Origin: Acanthaster planci
Lineage: Eukaryota
Direction: 5' to 3'
DNA: 64,000 bases
Assembly: GCF_001949145.1 (NCBI RefSeq)
Contig: NW_019091355.1
Span: 5,033,518-5,097,517, forward strand
How positions within the stretch are numbered: position 1 is the stretch's first letter; the number at the start of each line of letters is the position of its first letter. A program made the translations under genes and the position numbers. Under the pieces are notes generated by a model. It was not told where the DNA came from, searched no databases, and worked only from the letters and a program-made list of their open reading frames with translations. Shown in pieces: positions 14,701-26,700 of this stretch.

Positions 14701-17700
14701 TGGACCATATACATGTACATGTATTAGTTCAATTAGACCCCTATCCCCCAAAAAAGGATTTGTAGCGAATATCGGTACATGTATATACGGCATACGTGCA
14801 TTAGACAAACAATGGTTTTATCTAACACAAAAAGTCTAATGTCAAATCTGTCACCTTTTCCAACAGAGAAGTGCATACAGACTGGATCTCAAAGCAAGCT
14901 GTTACAGTACCTCAAAAATTCTAAGTTCCTGTAAGCAAGCAAGGTTTTATCAATATGGACGGGGGGGGGCTTATTTGACAAACTGCATTCAGTGCTTGGA
15001 TGAGATCTTCTTAGCCATAAGAAACACAGATTAGCTTTGAAAGAAATGAGTGCTTTTCAAAATCTGTATCAAAAGCAACAGAGGGAAAAACACAGTGGGA
15101 ACATTTGTAGCAGAAAGCAGACCAACCGTGCAACAAACGATCTGATTGGCTGAATCTGGTTCAACATGCAAATGAATTTACAGATCTGTACATGTAAACC
15201 AATAAGGATGACTTGGATATGGGTAATTCCAGAAATTAGGGGTCCAAAAGTGTGACATTTTCGTGTCCCTGTTACATCTGACCTCAGTTATTTGACATGG
15301 AAATATTAACGGTTCCAATTTCAAACTACATGTATTACTATTTGTTTGGCAGGTAATTTGCATTAATTCATCACTCTCGGAAATTACAAAAAGGTGTTCT
15401 GAACTTACAGGGACACAAAAAAAATTGACCCCTTTCTGGAATTACCCATATGTCCCTCCAGACATTTTCAATGTACAGTGCAAATTTCCTTGACAATCTT
15501 GTAACTGAAGCAGGGCACAATAAAATGCTGTTCTTGGGAAACACCAGCAGAAATGAATTTTATTCAGTTGTGTTTATTTTCAAAGGCGGATAGTATTTCA
15601 ATACACCGGTACCATTGGCATTGCGTTTTATAGAAGACTTACTGTGATAACGCAGCATGAAATTATGTAAAATTGAACCAAAAAGAAAAGGACCCAAAGA
15701 AAAGGAGGACGCAATGCAACAAGAAAGGGAATATCTATAATTAATTCACCTCTTCCTTATTCTCTCCACTGACGTTCACACCTGAGCTGGTCAAACTGCC
15801 TTCGTGTTGTTTCAGCTTATCCCCGCTGACGTGATTATCTTTCAACTCAGTTGATCCAGGCTTCCTCCTGACCTCAGACACGTAGGACTCTTCAATGCAG
15901 ATTGTCCAGCCTTTGCGATTTGGAGCCTTCATGGGCTGACCTCTGGCTTCTTCACTTTGATGTGGATTTGGAGATGATGGTTGTACTCCTTTCCCATGTT
16001 GAGAGGGGGGCTGTGATAGGAGCAGGCAAGGTCTCTCACGAAGCACACTTTGCTCTTTTATTGGCATATTAGAATCATGGAGTTTGAAGTCATTTCTTCT
16101 GAGGCCATGATCTTTGAACTTGCAGCTCTGCCCCTTAGACAGGGCTCCAGGTATAGGCAACTGGCTAGTGACAGCTTCACTGACCTTGAGATCACCATTC
16201 CGATGGTCCAACCTGTGCCCTTTGACATGAACTCTGACCTCCCTAGCAGGCTCCATGTGCTCCTCCACAGGTTCCCGGGCTTGGAAGTCCTCTCTGGCCG
16301 TTTTCACGAAAAGTGATTTCCAGAGATCGGCAGGAGTGCCAGAATTCTCCCAGAGGAACAGGAAGGAGTAGAAGATGAGAATCCAGATGAGCCCGCACGT
16401 CAGGAGAAACGCCCTCCACATGCCATGGAGAGCCGTTTGCAAGGACTTCAGCGCAGAGGGCAGGGCAAATGACGTTGGATTCATTATAGGGCGCCGGGTG
16501 ATCAGCAAGGCTTGGCCGCTGATGCATGCAAAGCCAACTCAGAGGGTTCTTCAATTTCACCGTTCGCTACTCGCCGATCAATCACAACATGAGCACGAAT
16601 TCTGCAGCGACCCTTGGATATTGGCAGCCACCAAGTGATGATTGAGCGGGGAATCCCTCAAGTGGCACTCATCAAGAAACAACTCGTAGCATTGGAAATC
16701 AACAAGTTCAAGAAAAAGATATTTACAAGATATTGATTTCCAAACTGATGAATAAATCAGTGACGATATCCCGATGTGACCAAACATTCAACCAGCTAGG
16801 ACACACACAATATCCTTTGACACCAATGATTGGAATCCGAATAAGTCACTTATGGAGCCAACCTCCCAAAACAGTTTTTTCAACAACGAGGACAGACTAC
16901 CGGTACCAATGCAGCCACATCAGAGTCAAAGTACCTCACATGTTCAGGGGTATGCCCGCACTGGTTTCGTATCTTTTATTTGCCCATACTTCTGGGAAAT
17001 GGGCTTAGGTCACAGGATTTAATTCCTACACTATGCCAATGACCTATGCTGTGTCGTCACCCAAACAAAGCCAGCCCACTTGGGTTTCACACCAAAAAAA
17101 AACACTAAACTTTACAACAGATTTCTTTTTTATCTGCACAACAGATGTCAACCCAAGCCTTCAAGCAGAGGTAGACATCCTTTCTTCTTTTATGTATCCA
17201 CTCAGAAAACTTCTGCAGATCAACGCAGGATGTGAATGGGGCACAAACACAGAGTAAAAATATCAGCATCAATTATAATTTGAGCCTTTGCCGCATACAG
17301 ATACATGAAGTAGCCCGCCAGGTTTGCAAAGAAGCAAGTCAGCCATTAAATGCTGTTTGCCCAAGAGAATTATATTTGTGACCGCATCACCGGTGAAAAT
17401 GCATCATTCAACAGGGCAACACCAAACTGACATACATGTAAGTACCACATAAAGGTAATCAGTCATTCTGCAAGTTTTCAATTTCTCCAGCAAGACAAAG
17501 AGAGCATCCCAGAATGGATCAGTTTCGGGAACCTGACCTGTGACCCTGTGGAAGGTCTCGGCTGAGTTCACGTGGAACCAGTGAGTCATCAAAACCTTCT
17601 CGGAAGTGATATGGGGATGGAATTCAAGATGATAAGGCGAAGAGCTCGGGTGACGAATTTGGGATCACATATCTGGAGACGTGAGGTAATGCCAGTGACT

Positions 17701-20700
17701 TGTCATTCAGATGACACACACACACTCGTCTCAGATTTTCTCACTACAAAATATTTCTATTTCTTCTGTGAATAGAGAAAATGCTGAAAGCAGATCATGG
17801 AAGCATCCCAAAATGCACCTGGCTTGGTTGAATCTGGCAAACTAAATAAAAAAATCACTTATGTAGTTCATTTGAATGCTATCCGCTGAAGTCCATTTTG
17901 AATTCATCTGCAAATGCAAAGTCCTGATTAACTTCCCCGTTGAGTTACCATCAGATGCCAGAATGAAAAAAAAATTATTAGTAGGTGCAATTTTTGCAGT
18001 GGGCGGTCTTCATTTGCACAATAACATTTTCAGTAATGTCATCCATTTTTCCTTCGCTAAAGCCTTGATGGTTCATTCAAATGATCGCAATCAATGCCAA
18101 CTGAGCAGCAGCCCTTTAATATGCCAGCAGACAATATCAAGCCCCTTTCTTGAAACGATATCTGCATCTGACTTGCACAAGGTCCCATTCTCTGGTTTCG
18201 CCTTCCAGAGCAGAGTGGCAAATTTTCAACTCTATACCTTCTTTGCGGTGGGTATCACTCAAATGTCTGGAAAGACGTTTCATCAACCACTGAAATGCTC
18301 GCCGAATCTACTTTTGAGTCGCGACAGAGGCAGTGAAATTTGCAATTTGGTGGCACGTGCACTTTGATGTTGGCCTCCGTTGCAGATGATGGATGTCATC
18401 CCTTTTGGGCAACTCAGCTGTCTGTCCGCAGATGCTATGTACCAGTACTGCGACTTTACTCCTCAAAGGAGATTATGGAGAAAACCAGCAAGCAAATACT
18501 CCAAAGCTTGTGTCGTTCCCGAACATTACAAGCTATTTGGGCAGTCTTGACCCATCCCAAGACTCCAAGAGGAGGAATGCCTCGGATGCAGGAGATTACG
18601 AGAGCGCCTGGGAGAAACCGGAAGAAGATGGGCTTCCCGCTGAGATGTTGCAACATCGGCGAGATTCAGTGTCCCCAGAAAAATAAACTCGCTCCCATCC
18701 CACCCTGGGATGATACATGGCATACCTCAGTCACAGCTTGCTGGGAGGAAATAAATTATGCAAACATTTCCTGGCACCACCTCTGTCTTGGCCTCAACTC
18801 CTGCCCGAGCATCTTTTAATGAGATGCAGGTATTCATTAGTTGTTTTTCTTGGTTATGAAGTCAGGAATGCAATGCAGACGCATTCATCAATACCACAAT
18901 TTCGGTTGGTTTATTTGCACAGTGAAATGTTTTCATGTGGCTTTCGTATCGAAAGGTCTCCAGGCATAATTTTCAAAATTGCCAGCCACGTAGGCAAAAA
19001 CATTTACAGAGCTGTCATCTCTAGTTCTAGTTAGCTGATTAATCGGATTCCATTCTGCTTCTCTCTCTGAGAGAGCATCCAATCAGGATCCTCCTTGGAA
19101 AAAAAAATGGGGGAAACAATCCCAGCTTCAGCTTTCAATATGTAGGTTGAGGTTTGTTGAAGTGGTCCATGAGACTTTAATGACAGGCAAGTCCTTCCGA
19201 GAGCCTGCAAGTTGTTATTTTAGAGTTTCTGACATTCTGAGGCCCCATTAACATGCACCAGCTGAAGGCGCCAAACAGTCATGGAAAATGTTCACCCTTG
19301 AAGGTAAACAAACACGATTTGGAGGGGGGAGCACGTTCAAGCAACTCCCCCAGAAGACGGCCTACGTGCAGGCATGTTTGTGTGCTCCTTCTTGGATAAC
19401 AGGCAGTGCCAGAAAAGTTGGCATACAAAGGTTCTGGTTGAGTCAACACTGCCTGCAACTGTCAACCTTAGATCTTCACTGTTAAGTACCACCCTGGAAA
19501 TGCTATTGATATTCAAGTCAGAGACATCATCCCAGGTAACCACAACAACTGCATCATTTTTCTGCAATCATGTTATTTATCAGAGCTCTTTAGAAAATCA
19601 GGCCGGCAATTTTCTGACCAACGACATTTGACAACAGCAACTCTGGGAGAAAAAAGTCTATAATGGTAGACATTTGGAGTCCACATGGACACAAAAAACA
19701 CCACAGGGCAGAGAACAAACTCTATAAACCTAAAAGCAGTTGGTCAATTGAAGTCTTATACGAGCATGCAATCAATCAAAAAAGCAAGCATTTCTTGCAT
19801 CAGTAATCTCGGCACGATGTGACATTCGTGAACAAAGCCGGCCCTCCATCTGCATACAAGTAGCTGCACTCCTGAAACGGATTTTCTCCACATTGAGTCC
19901 AGGTGTGAGTATCTTGGCATTACCTTCCTCCCCGTAGTTAACTTCAAGCTAGGACGCCAGCCAAGGTGACCGCATTCTCTGAGCTTACACTGGGGGAGGA
20001 TTACGGCTCTTCCCAGAACATGAGCAGAACTGTTCCCATAAGTCCAATTTTTATTCATGACACAGCGTACAGATAATACAAAGGAAAAATGAACTGTGCC
20101 ACATTGTCTTTCATAGGCGTGATTTCTTTATGGCATGTTTTGAAAAATGTGCCACTGAAAGATTTAAGAGATGAACACTGGGGCATAAACGAAGAAACTT
20201 GAACCATTTTCCATCTCTCAGTTTTTGTCTATTTGATGATTATTTCCAGTGGCACAGTGTGCTTAAATCAACACTTTGTGCTTTTTCTACTTTCTTACAA
20301 ATTCTGGAAAAAATTTGAATTGCTGAGATTTGCTAATTACCATTTGAAATGTTAACATCTCTTTATTGTCCCTTTCAAAAGTACAGGCAATTTGTTCTTT
20401 TATCCGTAGGTAAAAGTAAATGAAATTGTTTATTTCTGTCTGGGAAAAAAACTGCTTCTCATAAAAAGTTGCATTTTGTTAATCATTTTCAAACACAAAA
20501 CTGTTGGATAATGGCAGAATCCAAATCTCAAATTTATGACTTTTTATACAAGTTCTTAATTCTGCATTCAAAATTTTGCAGTTTTGCAAGACACTGAAAA
20601 AAATGAACAATGAATCAACCCCACCATGGTGCACGTGCCTTGCGTGCTGTCATCCTGTGTGAATTATCTACACCTCAAGTATACAACAAAGATAAGTTTC

Positions 20701-23700
20701 AGTACGGCTCTGTGATGTCAGCTTCAAGTCAAATCAGAGGAGGCAACTAGGCAGTGCGCCAGTCTCAAGATGTGATCCTTGGTTGCCATGGAGTTTGTTT
20801 ACGTCCAGGATGGAGCAAGACCAGCGCTATGTGTCAGCAGCAATTACAAAGTGGAGATTATCAATTGGATGACGATCTTTCCAAATGCCAAGCATTCAGA
20901 ATATTTCGCCCGAGGCACCAATAAATTTCAATTCCGGTGGGCACTTGTCAGCCAGCCAAAACTTCGCCTTTTATCTACTGCAGCATCATGGCAAAGCTAT
21001 TTGCAAAGATACCAGCTTACATGTAACTTGTTCCATCTGCCAATGTCAAATTTTGGGGAGGGGGGACAAACAATGAATGCAACATACGGAGGTCATTATC
21101 ATCCAAAGAAACAGAATCATTCTGACAGAAGTTGAACATTAAAAGTTCTTTGTAACAGATGTTTAGCCCAAGTGCCAATAGACCTTTTTCCTGTGATGTC
21201 ACAATCGTGCTGGACCGCAATGTAGTGTGATGGTAATGAGTAGATAGTGTTGTGATGGTAATTTACTTATTCAAGATAAGCTCGTCATGCAGAGTTCGAA
21301 ACGTGTGCTTATACGTTGTTGAAGCTGCCAATAGGAATATATGCGATCACCATGGCCACGGCGGTCCACACGTGGTGGTATTGTTTACATTTCTCGCAAT
21401 CCAGTCACGTGGCTGAAAAAGGTCTACAGTACATGCCAACTGCACGGGCCGGAATGGTACAAGCCACTTCTACTGAAACTTAATGCCTATAAGCATGACA
21501 CTAAACTGCACAAAAACTCTACTCATAGATGATTTCCAAAGCATAACAAAAGCTGACCGCTTTAATGGTGGAATCAAACCAATCTTATCATCTAGGTTAT
21601 CCAAAAGTGATCTGCAATGTGTCCCATTTGATTTTAGCAATCCATAGATATTCCCCGCAAGCAATCAAAATGGAGTTTGCTCCACCCTCTCATCCCATTA
21701 CCAGACCTAATACGGCCATTTCACAATAGTGCGCCACCAAGAGTTGGCAACGCATTGGCCAATCACAATGCGCGAATTGTCGACCCAATGGAAAGGCTCG
21801 GCAACTTTCGCGCATTATGATTGGCCAATGTGTTAAAAACTCTTGGTGTCACACTATTGTGAATTGCCCGTAATGAAAAAAACAAAATGCGCATTTCATC
21901 TTTGCAATTTGAAATGAGTGGAGATACTGACAGCTCAGTACACTGTGCGTGTTTAAGAGTGTATACTTGTATGTCTCTGGTGGCAGAAGCAAACGAGATG
22001 CAAGGAAAAACATTATCAACAAAGCATCTCCTCTTTAAAACTACACGTTGAGTTATAAATGCCATCTGGTGACACTGTATGCTGAAAATGGATGGTAGTT
22101 GTTAGCACAGTTCTTGGCAGGACACACTGTATAAAGGCTTTGCATTGTAGCCATCTTGCAGGGCAGTTCTTTTGCCCCACTGGGAAACCTCCTTTGTGCA
22201 TACCCCGTGGAACAGAAGCACTGGCCTGCAAGATGGCAGCCTTGCAAGCCCTCTGTAAAGGCAAGTTGAAATAGGATACTTAGGAAAAAGAAGTATATTA
22301 GCACATGTACATGTACTCACCCTAACTTTGTGGGTCTGTTTAATCCCAAGGTGTGGTAGACTTCTTTGCGACTATACGAGTTGAAAAGAAATATGGACAG
22401 AAATTTTTACTAAATTGCAAGTTGAAAAGTTACGAGGAAAGAAATCACTGCCAAATAATTCGGAGAATAAAATAATGGTAAAGCAGTGCACTTCATCTTG
22501 GAAAATCCCCCCTCCCCCTTCAAAAAAAAAAAAATGAAAATTATTAAAGGAAATGTCCAATAAGATTTAATGTAAATTTATACAAAACAATTAAAACCAC
22601 GGTAAAAGGGTCTCCAAGTGACAAATATGACCCACTCTGTGAAAATGAGTCTTAAGTCACCAGGGTTACTTTTTGAGTTTTCATTTGTATTGGAAAGGGC
22701 AAATTGAGTTTTTGTTTTGATGTATCACTCAGTTTGGCATCCTGATGAAAGTGGATACTCCATTGGTGAAAAATGCTGTGGGTTCCTATTGATTTACAAT
22801 ATGCAAAATTATTCGAAAGGACTTTTTACTCCAAAGTGGCTCTGGCGACTTCAGACTCATTTTCACGGAGTGGGTGACAAATTGATGTCTAGCCCCCATT
22901 AATAAGCTATGCTACTGTAAAGTACTTTGCCTACCTTTCACAAGAAATATATTATTCAGAACACACCCATGGTCATTTCAATTTCTAACTTCAAATGGCG
23001 CAACAAATATAATACAACTTTGTACAATAACTTGGATGACCGGAGGTTTTTTTCAAGTTTAGATCATCCCAAGAGGAAGTTTGGATGGAAAGGCTTATTA
23101 TTATCAATGAAAGCAGATTTCAGACCGGATGGGTGGGTTCCTAAGATGTCAACGTTGGCTGGACTTGTGCATGTATTTGCCCACCACAGATCAGGCTGTC
23201 CTTGGCCAAACAAACACGTCTGACCAGTCAATATTTTGTTAGAAAATATATCAGATTATTTCCCCAAACTGGATGCCATATCAAGACAAGGACATCACCT
23301 CTTGTAAGTTTTGACAATCATGAGCAGCTTATCAGGATCATTTTTTCTCTACCAACAGAGGGCAGCATACTACACCTCTCGACACCCCAGTGAGTGAGAC
23401 AAACTGTATGGCACGTGAGCTTTGCCGACAGGTGAAAACCTAGGCTTTAGGTGTCTACTGCCCTCTGTTGTTGAATTTGAAAGTCAGCAATTCGAGAGAA
23501 AAAATTTACTGAAGACTTCTCCAGCAGAGTGCTCTTTATATCATCGAGTTTATGCCCAGCTCTTGCAAGTTTTTAAAATTTATTCATTTGCCTCTTGAAG
23601 GTTGAGGCCATTGTTTCAGAACTGATTCGGTATTTTTTTTTTCTTTTCAAGGAAACTTTTGAGGGCAAAAGATCTGCATGACACCATCAAACACCACAAG

Positions 23701-26700
23701 TAAAAGATCCAAGACCAAGCATTAACAATTTTCCTTTTCACTTGGAGCTCTGTATAGCGTGAGCGACCAGTCAGAAGTTACTCCCCTTCCCTTTTCCCAC
23801 GGGTGTGTCATGCCAGCTCTCATTTGATCCACCCCTGGGTTTGTCGGTCCCCCAACACAAAGTAGATAAGTAACTCTGACCATGAAACCACAGTGCCGAT
23901 TTGGTTCCTTCTCCAAAGAGAGCGATAAAATGTATCTGACATCCGAGCCAATTTCAAATTTTTTTTTAAAAGTTGCAAGTCAGCAAGTTGTGAGGTGTCA
24001 GCCCAATTTTGTCTGTCACTTGCAAGGCCTGTCCTCGGCCTGCTGTTCACAGTGAGCTTCCCAGTCCAAGACAAGGCCGCGACACGAGGAGATCCAACTG
24101 ACGCTGGAAGCTGAGATTGTGATTCAGAACCACTTCCTGTCTTGCCAGACTGGAGACGCAGAGGAGGAGGGGGAAAAAAAGTTGAGTCATGTGACTTAAG
24201 TAACCCCACGCACCAGCGCACTAGTTTCTCCAGCCACATTTTTGCCTTGGGCACAAAAATATCCTTCAGCGAGCTCAGGTAGAGGAATAGACGACAACAC
24301 TCAGAGAGGTGCAGATTCATTTTTGTAAAAACAAGTAGCCATGTGTAGCAACCAAATGAAAGACAAATTTTTGAAAAGTTTCCAGGTTCAGTGTTGGAGA
24401 ATTCCAGCATGCTGGAGTCCTTTGCCTTAGTTCAACTTGACAGCAAAATTTATAATATATTCACATTATTTTCAGTTAATGTCACTGCAAATTACTTATC
24501 TGAGCTTAATACAATCATGGATACCCTAGTACATATTGTAAAGCTTGCCACAGTAAAATACTGTTACATGTACATTAGTAATATGAAGGTTTTCAATATT
24601 GCTGTCACTCGGCAGGTGTCCATCCAACATTCTTTTCAAAAATGAAATGGCAATAAAGTAATCACAGGTTGATACAAGCCATGGAACATCTTCCAGAAAA
24701 TGACTGAGTGACCCAGCATCCACTGGCATGTTGAAAGTGACTCAATGTCACACAGAAAATACCCCAGTCAAAAGTGTTGGATCACATCTGAATGTGACCT
24801 ATGTGACAGAAACCATACTCAAGTGTTTTTCATATATGCATTTCTCAGTAAAAAAAAATCCCTAAAGCAAAAAACCTAAACAAAGAAAAGCACAGCGTGT
24901 CAAAAGTAATAATAATAATAATCATAACAATATGCAATTCTCATAAAGCACATAATACAATGAAGTCTCTATGCGCTGGAGAGAGTGAATGGGTGTGTTT
25001 TAAGTTGAAGTTTAAATTGTTCTAAAAAGGGGCAGATCTTAATGTGCTGTGGAAGAATTTTCCATAGTTCCAGTGCAGCAAATCGGAAGGCAGGTTGACC
25101 ATATGATTTGGTAAGAATTGGGTGTGGAGTGAGAAGATCTTTATTGCTGGAGCAAAGCGTCCTTGGCAGATGATATTTTGCCAATTTACGCATGGAGATA
25201 AACTGGGGCTGTTTTAAGTATGCATTTGTAAATCAAGACCAAAATTTTACAAGTTATCCAGAATTTATCTGGTAGCCAATGAAGCTGTCATAAAACAGGA
25301 GAGATAGGTTAAAGTTTAAAGTCTAAGGTGTGCAAACAAAGGCACAGAATTAAAAAAGAAAATTCCAGACTCATTTCTGATGAATGACTTCAGTCGTTTG
25401 CTGCTTTTTATATGATTCACCAGAGGACACATCATGAGACAACGAACTTTCTTTTCTTAAAATTTTTGTTATTTCGACAATTGAAAAGAAGAGAGAAGCT
25501 TGGAATCTAGGGAATAGACAATCACAAGAGAGTTGGAAGCAGAGGGAAGGCATTAATTAGCTGTAATTGTCCAGGAAATTCAATTTTTGCAATTCAATCC
25601 AGATGCATTTCCCTGGTGCTCACAATGCAGTCCATTTGTGGAAGGGTAAACAATGGACGAGAAGTTTCCGTTCTCGTCACCACTTCGGCTGCTCTGATCC
25701 ATTAGATCAGCACTTGCCTTCCACTTTTAGTGACCATGGTTTAAATCCCATTGTAGTACAATGCATGTGAATGTCAGTCCCTCGTTGTTTAAAAGGCAAT
25801 TCCAAGGCAGCAAAAGTTTCTGGGGCTTTCCAACCGCAAGCCGGAATGGCATTTCCTTTCATGTTGTGCGTTATTCTTCTTGACTGGCCACAGATCTCTA
25901 CAGAGACTAATTTTGGGGGGTTCCAGGCTCACCAGCGTAAACAAATAAAGCACCAGTTATAATACCTACAGGCTCCCTTGTTTACCACAACATTCCCACA
26001 ATTAAGACAGTATTTCCTCATTTAGCAACTTTCCAAGTTGATGAACTACAGGCAACTGATCACTGTGAATCAGTCAGATGCTTCATTACCAAGAAAGCAT
26101 ACTGTGCCACCAACCATTTGCACAGTAATGGGGCTTTGATGGTTTTTCTGAGCAAGACATGGTGCCACGCCTCCACCACAGGGGTCTCTCCACAAGTATC
26201 AAATGATCAAGTGTCCAACTTCAGTTTATAAACTACTGCAATTTATCCCTTCCCCCATTTTCAAGTGAAAAGAGCTGCCCCCAAAAGTTACTACAGTGCC
26301 TCACTGCGCACCCCTAGTCTGATCACATACATACATGTTCCTGTGGGGTGAGACTGACAGCCCTGTGGCAGATTCTACAAGGGATAAACCCGTCACTGGG
26401 AGGAACGTGACATGTGTTACATCGAGTGGGACATGATGAAGGGCAAAGGGAAATTCGGAGAGCCACCCTCCCCCTTGATGGGTGGAGCAGGTGCCGTTGC
26501 TCTTCAGGCAAAAGGGACTAACAATGGGGTAATTGGCTAAACTGCACCAGATATGGTCCTACCCACTTTTACGGAGCTGGTTAAATTCAGGTGTTCAGGA
26601 CCTGTAAACATTTTCTGATTTTTTTTTTTTTTTTCGTTTTTGGTTAATTCTTTTTCTTCTGTTGGGAGCTGATGTATTAAAAGTTGGAATCATGACTGCA

